From Felis catus (taxonomy: Eukaryota): a DNA stretch of 64,000 nucleotides. The stretch spans positions 163,930,001 through 163,994,000 of the forward strand of contig NC_058368.1 of the NCBI RefSeq assembly GCF_018350175.1. The letters run 5' to 3'. Every line of letters starts with the position of its first letter. Within the stretch, counting starts at the first letter, position 1. The notes beneath the pieces were generated by a model. It was not told where the DNA came from, made no database searches, and saw only the letters and a list, made by a program, of their open reading frames with translations. The translations under genes were made by a program, and so were the position numbers. Of the stretch, positions 1-12,963 are shown in pieces.

Positions 1-220
1 GATGAGATATGCTGGGAAGGGTGCTTTAACTCTACAATTTAGAGGTTAATTCCATAAAAGTGACAGTATCTTGAACTTTACATAAGGTCCTTATTGCAAG
101 ATAATTTCACATGTAACTATAGTTAGGGGTGTTTCTAATTTATATGCATCGTATATATATTCTACATTCTTGAATATACTACGTTTGCTTTACACTTTGG
201 ACTAGCTGTATTCTCCTTTT

Positions 221-446
221 TTTTAAAAAAATTTTTTTTTTTTAACGTTTATTTATTTTTGAGACAGAGAGAGACAGAGCTTGAATGGGGGAGGGTCAGA
301 GAGAGAGGGAGACACAGAATCTGAAACAGGCTCCGGGCTCCGAGCTGTCAGCACAGAGCCCGACGCGGGGCTTGAACCCAGGGACTGTGAGATCATGACC
401 TGAGCCGAAGTCAGACATTTAACCAACTGAGCCACCCAGGCGCCCC
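221..446 (-). mobile_element. Carnivore tRNA-derived SINE (CAN-SINE, SINEC_Fc-like)
   Basis: Reverse complement of GGGGCGCCTGGGTGGCTCAG head, (CT)n and A tail; TSD TGTATTCTCCTTTT at 207-220 and 447-460. Confidence 0.97.
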
Positions 447-469
447 TGTATTCTCCTTTTAAAATACCC

Positions 470-767
470 TTGCTTTACATTTTCTAATTGTTGGCTTCTT
501 ATCATCATGTGTCTCTCAGATGTTACCTTTATAGAGTGCTTCTCTGATCAGCCTGCTTAGGTAGCTCTCCTACTGGTATTTTCTCATTTCTGGCATTCTT
601 GTTTTGGATATTTGTTTCTGATGTTTATTTATTGCATGTCTTTATTAGAATGTGAATTTCTACATGTAAAGGTCTTTGTTTATGTCAATTACAACCATTC
701 TCTCTGAACCTAGATTTTGATTGGCATACAGGAAACATTCGGTGAATATTTGTTGATGTTGAATAAA
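470..767 (+). mobile_element. L2 LINE 3' end, highly diverged
   Basis: TAGAATGTGAATTTC...GAATATTTGTTGATGTTGAATAAA resembles the L2 3' terminus. Confidence 0.6.
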
Positions 768-805
768 CAGTTGTTTTCATATTAAGTTAAAAAATTATTA
801 TTTTT

Positions 806-1038
806 TTTTCAATTTTTTTTTCAATTTTTTTTTTCAACGTTTATTTATTTTTGGGACAGAGAGAGACAGAGCATGAACGGGGGAGGGGCAGAGAGAGAGG
901 GAGACACAGAATCGGAAACAGGCTCCAGGCTCTGAGCCATCAGCCCAGAGCCCGACGCGGGGCTCGAACTCACGAACCGTGAGATCGTGACCTGGCTGAA
1001 GTCGGACGCTTAACCGACTGCGCCACCCAGGCGCCCCC
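806..1038 (-). mobile_element. Young felid SINE inserted in the tail of an older SINE
   Basis: CpG-rich, diagnostic GGTGGCGCAG and CAGCCAGGTCACG; TSD AAAAATTATTATTTTT at 790-805 and 1039-1054. Confidence 0.97.
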
Positions 1039-1054
1039 AAAAATTATTATTTTT

Positions 1055-1223
1055 ATTTTGCTTTTTTATTTTAGAGAGAGAGAGTGCAAATTGGGGAGAG
1101 GGGCAGAGTGAGAGAAAGAGAGAATCTTAGCAGGCTCCATGCTAAGCATGGAGCCTGACACGGGGCTCAATCCCATGAAATCAAGAGTCGGACACTCAAC
1201 CAATTGAGCCACCCAGGCACCCC
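1055..1223 (-). mobile_element. Older CAN-SINE
   Basis: SINE body ending GAGCCACCCAGGCACCCC; short TSD AAGTTAAA at 784-791 and 1225-1232. Confidence 0.92.
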
Positions 1224-1539
1224 AAAGTTAAATATATTTTTGATGTTGCTACCATATCTTAGTAATTAGAACTTCTCAAATAACGTTAGACATGCATGCA
1301 TCAGACTTTCTGTGATTATGTTTGTTTCTCTGTTTATGGAATTTAGTCAGGAAGACAGCATCTGGTTGTTCCTTTCAAAGAGCTATTGACTAATGAAGTA
1401 AAATAGATAATAAACAATTTATATTCTATGGTGGAGTGAAGACAAAGTGGAGAGTGCATTGTGGGTACTCAATCTACACTTATAGGACAGGGTTAGAAAA
1501 ATGTATAGTGGAGACTTAAAGTACTTACCCATGTGTTAT

Positions 1540-1902
1540 TCTTCTCTTTTTCCAGATCTACTGGGAAGGGTATATGGCCCAGGCTCTTTACCGCTAGGCA
1601 TGGCTTTGTGACTAATTTTAGCCAATGCCCTGTGGACAGAAGTGGTGCCCTTCTGGGCCAAAGCAGTTATGAGATAGTACCTTGCTCTCCAGATATTTAT
1701 TAACTTTTCATGGCAATATGAGTATGGCATGTTAAGATAACCCTGTCACAGAGATAGAACTGGCACTCACCAGTTGGAAGCCGCTGTGGAGAGCTGCCAG
1801 ACTTGAAACAGACTTTGTATGAGTGAGAAAGAAAACTTTGGTGTAAGCTGAAGAGATTTCAGAGTTAACTCACTACCTCACCATAACATTCTGAGTAACA
1901 CA
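1540..1902 (+). mobile_element. Old MaLR LTR (MLT1H/J-like)
   Basis: GGCTTTGTGACTAATTTTAGCCAATG...GAGTGAGAAAGAAAACTTT...TAACACA end, typical of old MLT1. Confidence 0.6.
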
Positions 1903-3787
1903 GAAAACCGTGAGGAAGTAACCCCTGAACTGAGATTGGAAAAGCCAGGAAGAATGAAAGGGCAAAATCAGTTAGTTCATCAGGGATTACTCCTTTCCTT
2001 CTTGCCAGGGTAGAGCCTGGTCCTTTGAAAGAGTGAGAGCAAACTTAGAAATAGCAAGTAGTTTAGTACTCCAGATTCTAAGCAGGCAGTAGGGTTTACT
2101 AAGTATCAGATATGTCAGGAAAACACGCCATAAAATCCTGATATTCAAGGGCCCTGGTAGGCAGAGTGCAGACAGCGCTTTGTCAGCAGTCCCCAACTTG
2201 TCTGATTTAAGGCCTGTTGTGCTCACTGTGCTTTTGCAAATACATTTCCCCTTACTGAAAGTGACAGCATGTAATAGCAGTTGGCAGAGATGACCAAAAT
2301 AAAACACTTTCCCCTTTGCAATGCGTACATCCAGAAATGCATTTAATCTTTAAATACACTCATTTATGATTTTTATGGGTACCAAGCCACTTTTGTTGAG
2401 TTTATGGTAATTTCATCTGTCTCATGATTTTCAAAAACAATTTTCAGAGTTTTTCACTCTTGGAAGTGTATGGAAATGACTGTATTTTTCACATAAACAT
2501 CAATTTAGTTTATGTATTTTATGAAGAATTCCCAAACAGTTTATTCTTATTTATAAATCATTTCTCCTCTTTTGCTGTATGAGTTGTGTTTTATGAAGCA
2601 ACAACCTTGATATGAGCAGGAGTCTGTCTGATCAGAGGCAGAATTAACACTGCTTTGAAAGAGCAACATTCTTTCTGTGTACTCAAGTTAATTGATGCAG
2701 TCATTTAATCATTGAGCCATTGCTCACATTTCATGTTTAAGTCACTTAAACTTGATTTTTTTTTTCTTTTCTAGAATGTTTAGGCTGATGAGGATTTAAA
2801 AGGATTTGTAGCATTTAAAAATGTCCGCAAACCAGATTGCAGCATGACATGCATTCGATTCTGTATTCAGTTTTAGTTTAGTTATTTTGAAGCTATCAGA
2901 TGAAAAAACATCTACATTTAATATTCTGCAACAGGTTTTTCTATCACCATGCCGAAGCCCAGAGGAGCACAGTATATTTTTTTAGTTTTAGTCTTCTATT
3001 TTTCCTTAGGATATTTTTGACCCTAGATACATTTTTCCTTTAAATTTGACTGAGCTGTGATCATAGCTCCGACCTCTAGCCTTGAAAGAAGAGGAGTTAT
3101 GCCTCTCAGGAGCTATGCCTCAGGCACTTTGCAAGTCCGCTGGCAGGGATTATTTCCCAGGCTGTGAAGCGATGACCTTCTACAGAGAGTGAATGTCTGC
3201 AGTGCACGTAAATTCCTTCAGCCGTGATTGAGAGCCTTAGGTTTGTTACCTGCTCTATGAATCAGAGTCCATTCTATCTCTATGGAGGACGAATAATTTA
3301 GTGCTATATTTAAAGCCACATGTTATGTGCTCACATGTCAGCTAATTTATTGTTGGTGGTGAATATATTTTGTTTTTGAGGCTCATGTAGGGTTAGTTCA
3401 GAAGTAAATCTGTGGAGTTTTGGAATGAAAACCTGGGATGACTTTACTATTGTAGAAGGCACCTTACCTGCTATTTCTAAACAAAGTGCCCCTACAGTGC
3501 TCTGTCAGCTGTCTCTAACTTATCTGATTTCAGCATCCCAGAGAGGATTTTTGTTGCCTCCTAAGCTATCATTACAACAATAATGTAATGCTGATTGCCA
3601 CGATATTCTCAGAATACATTAAAAAGAGGAATGAAATTTAGAATGATTAATAAACACTTTTTGAATCTGTAGGATGGCATTTTGTTCTCTGAGCTGTCAG
3701 TCTGCATCCAGTGAATTTCTAGAGCTGTGAGAAATTACAGGAATATACCATCTCTCCCTCTTTTCATTACAAAAAGTGACTATACAT

Positions 3788-3988
3788 TTTTTAAAAAATG
3801 TTTATTTATTTACTGAGAATGAGAGGGAAAGAAAGAGGCAGAGAGAGAGGGAGAGGGAGAATCCCAAGCAGGCTCCACACTGTCAGCTGGGAGCCTGATG
3901 CAGGCGTGCCGGGCCTGATCCCAGGAAGGTCGTGACCTGAGCCAAAATCAAGAGTCAGACGCTCAACTGAGTGAGCCACCCAGGCGCC
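3788..3988 (-). mobile_element. CAN-SINE
   Basis: SINE body; TSD CTATACAT at 3780-3787 and 3989-3996. Confidence 0.93.
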
Positions 3989-4062
3989 CTATACATAAGA
4001 TAACTCGTTTTTAACATTATATGATGATTTTTAACAGTAATGTTAAAATACTTTATGTATTT

Positions 4063-4163
4063 TATTTTTTTCAAGTAATCTGTATGCCCGCTGAGGGCTT
4101 GAATTTAACAATCCTGAGATCAAGTGTCTCATGCTCTACCAACTGAGCCAGCTAGGCAGCCCC
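4063..4163 (-). mobile_element. Short old CAN-SINE lacking the (CT)n block
   Basis: tRNA-like head; imperfect TSD AAAATACTTTATGTATTT (4045-4062) / AAAATGCTTTATATATTT (4164-4181). Confidence 0.85.
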
Positions 4164-5319
4164 AAAATGCTTTATATATTTTGAGTTCTTGTGAATAATC
4201 CTTGAGAATCCATTTATTGTCACTACACCATTCAGCCAGTTTCAATATAAGTCTGACTGGCAGGATTGTGGGAAAGCCAGAGTAATTTAAGAGAGGAGCT
4301 ATGCCATTGAAGGCCACGTGAAATTCTTAGAAAACACTTTACCCTTTAGAAAGCCAGGATAAGGAACTATTACAAAATGCCACTAGGGATATCTCATATA
4401 ATATTCCATTTTGTCCTAGTTGAAAAGTTATCTGCTATGGTGGTAACATTTCCAGTTTAATCACATGCGGCTTTTCTGGCAACAGGGCCACCAATATGAT
4501 ACTTCTTATGTAGGACCAAGTGCTTTGATCTGAAATAAAATTTGAACAGTAATTGATTTATTCATTCAGAAATAGGTAAGGAATTCTTAAATGTTGATGG
4601 AGAATAGTACTCGAAGGTACAACTTAATCAAATTCTATTATCATATCTTTTCCTTTCCCACAGTTTAAACTTAATGGAGATAAGTTATTCAGAAAGTATA
4701 TCTAATTTTGTTGAATCCAACTGTTCAAACTCCGTGGATAAAGCATAACTTACCCAAGTTATATCTTATTATTTGTTCTCTTTTGTTTGGTTTCTGGCTC
4801 TTAGCAAAGGAAATCTGTGATATATTTGGAAGCAGATTTATTTAAAAGTCCCTGGCCTATGAAACTTTCCTGGTAAAACAGAAAAGGAAACTGGAAACAA
4901 TACTATCTTTGTTCTATCACCAATATGATGGCATTGGTTAATTAGGTAGTGATCTCAGCATCTTCACTTTCTCTCCTCCAGTTCCCTTCACTTTTGCCTC
5001 CCCCTCCTTCCTTCCCTCTTTCCCGTCTTCTCTGATTAAGATTTACATTAGCTTACATGAAAAAAAAAAAAAAAAACTAGAGTGATCTAGTAGGAACAGT
5101 GATTATATTGATTTTCAAATATTGGTCCTCATGATGAAATAAGAATATAATTTCATCTTTAAGTTTTAATGATCTCAAATCAGATAATAGTACATTATGA
5201 CTTGATTTGTAAGCCAGCTTTTGGAAGGGTATAGGAATTATCTTTGTGGAATTGTGTAGGGCCAAAGTGTAACGAATGATGTAAGTTAGTGTGATTTATA
5301 GTTTTATACTCTTTTTTTC

Positions 5320-6200
5320 TTACAAGCAGCCTCCTTGGTGTTCCTCTTGTGCCACCATCATTGTTTCAGATATTCTCACGAGGATTACTACAGTGGCTTT
5401 ATAACTGTTTGTCTGAGGACTCGTCTTCGAATTTACCCTCTAGAATACAGTTAGAATGATCTTTTAAAATCCTGTCATTACTCATTTGCTTAAAATCCTT
5501 TGTTCTTATGCATCACTTTCAGGATAATATAGGTTATGAGGTTCTTTCTTTTTCTTTTATTGCAATACCACTAATTAAAATTTTTGGAGGGTGTATACCC
5601 AGTGTATATTTATTTATTTACAAATGATACACATGTACAAGGTTTAGAATACTAAAAAGTTATTTTCATTAAATAGTATGTTCAAAAATAGAATTTTTTT
5701 AAAAAAGGTGGTAAGAATAATTGTAAAAGAAATTTTAATATTTTATTCCTGTACTCTTCTCTTTGTCTTAGGCACCCTTAGGGTATGCACCCAACTTTGG
5801 AGAATCCATCCGTTCCTTATTTGCGACCGACCCTAGACCCATAGCTAAGTAATTACAGAGGTTGTGGTATGTCACCTCTCCTATTTCTTCTGCTAGAAAT
5901 ACCTGTCCCACCCCACTTCCTCACCCATACAGCCTACTTGATTTTTCACAACTCAGTTCCTGTGTCACCATCTCTGGGAAACTGAATTATATCCCTTTGT
6001 CTGCTTTCAGAGCACTCTGAATAAACCTTTCTTATAGTATTTTATAGTATAGGTATTTATTTTTTTCTCTCACTCAAAGGATTAGGAACTCCATTGGGGC
6101 ACAACTATTTTGTTCATCTTTGTATCCGTAGAGGCAGCCATAATGCCCAGCATATGTTATACCCTCAACAGAAGTTACATGAATTCATGAATGAATCAGA
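5320..6200 (+). mobile_element. L2 3' fragments, probably interrupted by a small DNA element at ~5565-5808
   Basis: L2-like GGATTACTACAGTGGC and 3' end ...ACATGAATTCATGAATGAAT. Confidence 0.5.
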
Positions 6201-8324
6201 AATGAAGGCAAGATGGACAGAAGGTAGGAAGGGAGTCAGAGGCAGGGAGAGAAGAATTAACAGGTGTGTTCAAGATAAAACAATCTGTTATTGGTGAAAA
6301 GAGACTCATAATCCACATCTTCATGGTTCCCTGATAGTCAGTTGGTAAATATTCAGGGAAGGTAATTTGTTATTTTTACGTGAGAAATTCTGATTATATA
6401 TCAGTATCAAATATAGATATTGCTATGTAAATGCTCTCTGCTTTTGTCCAGGTCCTGAATATTCACTTGGTTACTGCTTTCTATTCAAAGCTTCATTTTT
6501 GTCCTTTAGAAAAAAAAATATTCTGTTTTATGTAATGCCGTAGGACCAGCACAGGTATGTAAAATATTCAAGTGCTTAAAGTTCCTTTTGAAATAAGTGT
6601 GAGGATAGAGTGAATCATAGGAAGCAGGTTAAGGATAAGGATAATGTATTTTGATGATATTCAAATTCATGCAGCAAAGACCAAATAAGTCAGAGCAGAT
6701 TTGCTGGTTCATCAGTTGTGCTTCTTCTGCATCCTTATTAGTAAACTGTAACACATTTTACAAAGACCCATCATTTCCCACAGGATACAGCTCTAGGTTA
6801 AGCCTAAAAAAGCAACTTTCATTATAGATCGTTTATTGAAAGTGGAGTGAAGCAATTACAGTATCTCTCTGAAGAGGTATATTGGCCAAACACTCTACTT
6901 TGGAATGGTGCATTATACTGGATTAGTTATTTAATACGTTGACTATTATTAAAACTTGGAAATGTGTGTAGATGCCCTCCTGGGCTTATTGATATTGTTA
7001 GAAAAGCAACAGATACATTCTAGGGGAAAAAAAGATCCCTCACCAAGTTTCTTAAAAGCTAAAATATAGTAATTTCACAATTGTTGTTTTAGTTCCTTGC
7101 AGTTTACAGTACTAAAGAAAGTTGTTTTGAGAATTTACAGAAACAGTATTTATCCATTTGACTCACTATAGTAATCATTATTCTGTGACACACTGGTGTA
7201 ACCACATTTCTATTCTGTTGATAACTTGCCTTTGAGCAAATTTAGATGTAAAATATAGGGACCCTTCTTTTATATTTAATCTGTCTGAAGTTTCTCATTT
7301 GAAAAATTGGAATAAAATGCATAAGATCTACTTTTTCATAATGGACCAATAATAAAATCCTGGCTCATTTTAGGCAAATTAGTTTTTCTAAGGAGTCAAA
7401 TAGTCTCCTTGGAAATGTTTGACTCTTTTCTCCTAAAAGTAATGGATTTTTGTCACCTTTCTCTCATATTGGGACTTGGATATTTTCTTTTTCATTTCTT
7501 TAAATTTAAAAGCTCTGAGTTATTTGAATATGTCAAATTTAAGTTATTTAAATTAAACTGAGTCTTGTGAGTCTTTCTTGAAGGTTTTGAATATAATTCC
7601 AACTTGGAAAAATTTTTTTTGGCTAGTTAATGATTTCTCAAATCACAGTTGAAATTTCAGAGTTGAAATTTCAGTGTTTAAATGGCAGATCTTCTTTATA
7701 AAAGTAATAGCTTACAAGAAATTGTCATTAGTATTCAAATCTCAATCTAAAATGTGTTTCACTATATGCAGAGAGTTGTTACATATTTACACAGGTCATT
7801 CCATGGGATTTTTTTTTTTTTTTACATTGTCATCTGTACGTATTCATTCTTTAAAAGCTATGGTAGATACATGCTATGTACACCATTTGGAGTGTATTCT
7901 TGTGGAGTACTGTGCTGTATCAAAGATCTGTTCTAGATGCTCTAGCTGTTATTTGTTGTGTTACAGTTACTATACATTTATTTGCTCATGATCTTTCAAC
8001 TTTTTCATTACCAAGAACACAGTCTAACTCAGAGATTAAAATTTTTCAGCCCCACTGGTGAAGCAAAATGGATTTTTCAAAGCTGATTCATCAATAACAA
8101 TGAAAGAAAGGAATTGTAGCAAGGGAAGTAATGGATTTAGATGAACAACATTTATGTTAGTCGATGCATTTACATGATTTCTACCAATATAAAATTTCAA
8201 TAATTTAAGTGAAAGGGATTATTTAAAAGACAGACTTGATATGTACTAGTGAAATAGTTTTTATTGGCCCAACTATATTGCATCTTTCCCCAAAATCTTT
8301 TTCCTTCGCTCGTACTGGTATGAT

Positions 8325-8535
8325 AATATTAGGTTGAAATGGAATTTTAATACTGCCTGTCTGGTTTCAAAATCTGACTGTGCTACTTATGAGCTGTGAC
8401 TTTTGGACAGTTACTTAATCTGTGCCTCAGTTTTCTCATATGAATAATGGACTAATAGTAGTAACTTCTTCATAGGCTTGTTACAAGGATTAAATCAGTA
8501 AATATAAGTAAAAAGCTTAGAAAAATATTAACATA
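8325..8535 (+). mobile_element. MIR SINE
   Basis: MIR core GCTGTGACTTTTGGACAGTTACTTAATCTGTGCCTCAGTTTTCTCAT. Confidence 0.85.
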
Positions 8536-8591
8536 TGCAATTTAGAACATGTTGGGATTATTTCCTAATCTCTTTTCTTAAAGACATTAAC

Positions 8592-8592
8592 G

Positions 8593-8630
<38 letters not shown>
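8592..8630. repeat. (GTT)n microsatellite
   Basis: Perfect GTT run seen directly. Confidence 0.97.
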
Positions 8631-8631
<1 letters not shown>

Positions 8632-9113
8632 TGGTATTTAAATGGAGATGTTTATCAAATGACCACCTAGAATGAAAAATAGAATTGCATGAGACAATTC
8701 TCTTATTAATATAATTTATTGTGGTTTTAATAGTGAGGTTAGTGTAAAGTAGAAACAATTTCCAACATTACTTGATTCTTCAACAATTTAGTTTTGTATT
8801 AAGGTTTATGGAAACTATATGTAAGCATATATTCTGCTTCTATAGTGAAAATGTGACTTTTTATTTTTTAGGTTAGTGAAGGTGTTATAGCATTTGGTTC
8901 CTATAATATGTAGTATGTATAGATTATTATCCTCATTTTTCTAAGCTTCTCTACTGGCTCATAGAGGTTGAATGACTTCCCTAAAGTCACACAGCTAATC
9001 TTAGTGGCACAATGTATAGAATAAGCCTCATATTTTATCTTATGTTTATTTGATAATTATTTCCAGTTATCAAAACTCTATTAAATATGACATTGTTTTC
9101 AGAAAGAGATACT

Positions 9114-9156
9114 CCCCCCCCCCCTGTTTTCTTTTCTTTTCTTTTTTTTTTTTATT

Positions 9157-9198
<42 letters not shown>

Positions 9199-9359
9199 GG
9201 CGGGCACAGGGAGGAGCAGAGAGAGAGAGAATCTCAAGCAGGCTCCATGCTGGCAGCACAGACCTAGATGCAGGGCTCGGACTCATGAACTGTGATATCA
9301 TGACCTGAGCTCAAATCAGGAGTCAGACACTTAACTGGCTGAGCCACCCAGGCTCCCCC
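9114..9359 (-). mobile_element. CAN-SINE with expanded (GA)n
   Basis: SINE body; TSD TCAGAAAGAGATACT (9099-9113) / TCGGAAAGACATACT (9360-9374). Confidence 0.93.
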
Positions 9360-9901
9360 TCGGAAAGACATACTTAAACAAAAGTAAAATTATTATCTGG
9401 ATTATAGAGGACTTAAGGCCACTGGTGTTATAAAATGACCAAGAAAATTGGAATGGCATTAACAATTTTTTTGGTTTGTACTATTTGGAAGAATCAGAAC
9501 CTTTGGCCTCAGGTTGTTTTCATAAGGTAGAAGGAAAATATAAAATTTATTCAGAACTTTTTCTCAATCGATACATTGTTTTGAAAGCCTTATTATACCC
9601 ACAGGCTTTGGAAAAGCACAAACAGTAAAATTAGAATATCTTTGAAATATCCTTTAAGAAGAAGGATGTCTTTTTCATAAACCTGTGGACAGTTCTTAGA
9701 AACATGGCAGAAGTAGTAAATTTATCCTTTGGTAAGCATTATCTTTAAAGATCCTTAAAATCATCAACAGTCTGATAGCTTGAAAACTACAAGGGTGTAT
9801 TTAAAATATAAGCTTATTGGCAATATTTAAATGAACTTCCAGATGAAGTATTTACTTTCTTACCCATTGGCTTTATTAGTCATGAGCATCTCTTTGAGAC
9901 T

Positions 9902-10304
9902 TGTGCCAGTCTGCTTATGCCAGGTATACCACGGTACCAATCAACTCTAAAATTTCCATGACTTCTAACAATAGAGGTTTATTTCTTGTTCATGCTAATC
10001 GCCTATTGAAGGTTGACATGTAACACATCCTCACATTATTGTAACACAGCCTCACGGCCTGTTTTTTCTTGTGTTGTCAGAGAGAAAGGAACGCCTCTGT
10101 GGAACTGCAAGATGCCACTCAGATTCCTGCCTGGCACTGGTACAGTCACTTGGGCTTACTTTGGATTGGCCAAAGCAAATAATGTAGCCAAACCTGAGAT
10201 TGTGGCAGTAGGAAATATATTTATTTCACAGGGAGAATTACCAGAGAGGGACTTTATAAGGTGGAGGAATGAGTATCTTGAAGAAACAATGCAATCTGCC
10301 GGTC
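9902..10304 (-). mobile_element. Old MaLR LTR (MLT1J/K-like)
   Basis: AACAATAGAGGTTTATTTCTTGTTCATG and ATTGGCCAAAGCAAATAATGTAGCCAAACCTGA resemble antisense MLT1. Confidence 0.6.
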
Positions 10305-11524
10305 ACCACTGTTATTCCTAGATAGGGACTCTGTTAGGATAAATATTACAGTTTTCTATGGAGGTTGCTTATCTCTAAAATTGTATTTCACAGACAATAT
10401 CTACATTTTTTGTTGTTGTTGTTTTTGTTGTTTTTATTATTGGATGGGGTTCTAATTTTTTTTGTTGTTATTGTATCAAAAATTTCCCCGTGTCTCTTGT
10501 GTCAATAAATTGTTGGAATCAAGGCTTTTGTCTTTAAGGAACAGAATCCCACTGCAAGCCTGTGTGAGTACAAAGGAGGTGAAAGGCTTTATATGAATAC
10601 AAGGGAATGTCATAGAGCCTATGGGCAGGAAGTATGGCTGGGCTCAGGTGGGACTGGAAAGCTGTAAGACATTACTCCTTCTCTCTGTGTCTTTTCTTTT
10701 TTTCTGTACATGTCTTTCCTTATTTTTCTGTGCAAATGGACATTTCTCTCTGCTTTTCCATGTATTTTGTACTCAATGACAATTCCATAACTCTTGAGTT
10801 TACCTGTCACCACTTCAAAAAACATCAGAGACTGAAATATCCTTTCTGATTTCCGATTCTGAACTCCCACAAGAGAGAAGCACTGGCTGGTAGGTTATGA
10901 CTGGCTAGAGTCATGGAATTTAAATATCTATGATAGGGGAGTTGGGAGGAAAAATCCACAGAAAGGGAGTTGTACAGACAACCCAGAGGCTGTCTTTTAT
11001 GCAAATGTTAGGTTTCTTGGTTAAAAAAAAAAAAGCAGCTTTAAAATATAGTTTTTTTTTCTTTTTAATAGTAATAAAATCTTCATGAATATGTTTTGAA
11101 GAAACTTCTCAGTTATGGTTTTTTACTGTTTGATAGACAGGGAAAAGGCAGCATACTGGTAAAGCTTTCAAGGCAACTAACAGTTCAGTCTTGAAGCTGT
11201 TAAATTGTAAGAGAAAAAGTATTGGGTATACTCCTGTTCTTTTATACACTTTGTTCCTGCCTTCCCCAAGAGGCAGTGTTAGGTCACTGCTCCAGCTACA
11301 TGACCAGCCATCTCCCATAAGGCCTGCTGCTGCTGTAAATCATGTTTCTCTAGAATTGGGAAAAAAACAAAGCCTTGATAGTGTTTTAAAAATGGTATTT
11401 CAACCTTTCTCAGACTTTAAAATACATATAAACTTGTCTATTATAATATCAGTGTTCCCTTAAATTCTGTGATGTTTAGCTGCATTGGTAAAGCAAATTA
11501 AAAAATCAGTGCGTGATAATTTTT

Positions 11525-11670
11525 TCTCCAACTTTTTATTTAGAAAGTTAGTAAACTTAGGAAAAGTTGAAAGGATAAAAAATGTTTTCCCATATATCCT
11601 TTGGGTGGATTCACCAGTTTTGCCACATTTGCCTGTATCTCCCTACATGTATGCTTGTATCTTCCTTTAT
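11525..11670 (-). mobile_element. Ancient L1 (L1MC-like) 3' end fragment
   Basis: AAAAGTTGAAAGGATA...GATTCACCAGTTTTGCCACATTTGC. Confidence 0.5.
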
Positions 11671-12045
11671 TAGGCATGGTTTACTCAAATAAAAGGAAAT
11701 CATATAATTCCTCCTGAAAGAACTTTATTACTTTCATTTTTCTGGGTGCTACATCCCTCTCCCTCTCCTTGTCAAATAAAAAATGCTTTTGTAAAACTAT
11801 ATCTCAAACAAATGTTAATAACCAAGAAGGCTTAGGGCCCTTTACAATTACCTATTTTGCTCCTTTATATAGTAAGAGGCTTATTACAATATAGATACAA
11901 CGTTATCTGTTGTCAGAAAAAAAACTTTATCAGTGGTTTTCACACAAATTGTCCCTAAAATCTATGTCGATGCTTGTTTTCCAGACCAATTTGCCCACGC
12001 TATTCTAGTTTTATTTTTGATACATGCTGGAAAATGATCTAGAAT

Positions 12046-12063
12046 CAACAGCAGGTGGCAGTG
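12046..12063 (+). promoter_or_regulatory. Candidate CTCF binding motif
   Basis: CAACAGCAGGTGGCAGTG matches the CTCF core CCASYAGRKGGCRS with one mismatch. Confidence 0.45.
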
Positions 12064-12740
12064 CTACCAAAGGTTGTGACTTTTGGTATATCATCAGCTT
12101 GGAAAGGAATGTTACCTTTCAACTCTACAGAAGTTGAGGAATCTTTAGTAAGGAATCTTTAAATAGATACGTACATTTATCACTAATTAGTTTTATTTCA
12201 AGAATTATTTCCCCAATCAACTGAATATTATAAACGTATTAAAAAATACTGTTTTAGAGACTGAATTTTGTTAAAATTCTGGGATCAAATAACTGAGAAA
12301 AACCAGCTTATTTTTTTCCTTATTCTATAACAAGAAAACAAAAACAAAACCCTAAATACTTACAATTAGATTAGGTAGTTTAAATCCTGTTAAAATTTGC
12401 AGGAAAAATGTCATGGCAAAATCATTAATTTCTATGGATGAAAGGTAGTTATTTTGAAAATTTGTGGCAAGCTTCAGGAAAGCTTTTATAAAGCTAAAAT
12501 ACTCTAATTCAACAGGGTAGCAAATTTTAGAAAGCTTAAACTGCTCTGGGCATTTGTGGAAATAATTGAAAATTTCTTCTTTAGTTCTAATTTGTTTCAT
12601 AGACTATAATTTTGCCGTGTTTGTCTGCTTTCATTTTAAAGAAGAGAAACCTGGAAAGTAAAATAATTTGTTTCCATAGAGGTATTTTATTTGGTTTTTC
12701 ACAATTTTTGTGTCAATTTACTACAAATGATGAAGACTTT

Positions 12741-12963
12741 TTTAAAAATTGTCTTAATTTTTTTTTTTTTTTTTTTTTTGAGAGAGAAAGAGAGAGAGAG
12801 CGCAGGGGAGGGACAGAGAGACAGGGAGACACAGAATCTGAAGCAGGTTCCAGGCTCTGAGATGTCAGCACAGAGCCCTACATGGGGCTCAAACCCATGG
12901 ACCGCAAGATCAAGACCTGAGCTGAAGTTGGACACTTAACCGACTGAGCCACCCAGGTGCCCC
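12741..12963 (-). mobile_element. CAN-SINE
   Basis: Full SINE body with T-rich tail; short TSD AGACTTT. Confidence 0.95.

Noticed and set aside
1987..2307. 106-aa minus-strand ORF
   Set aside because: Non-ATG start, no recognisable homology, and antisense to the inferred host gene.
7674..8061. Three overlapping ORFs with Cys-rich text
   Set aside because: They run through a T homopolymer, have no recognisable domain or convincing exon boundaries, and are expected by chance in TG-rich sequence.
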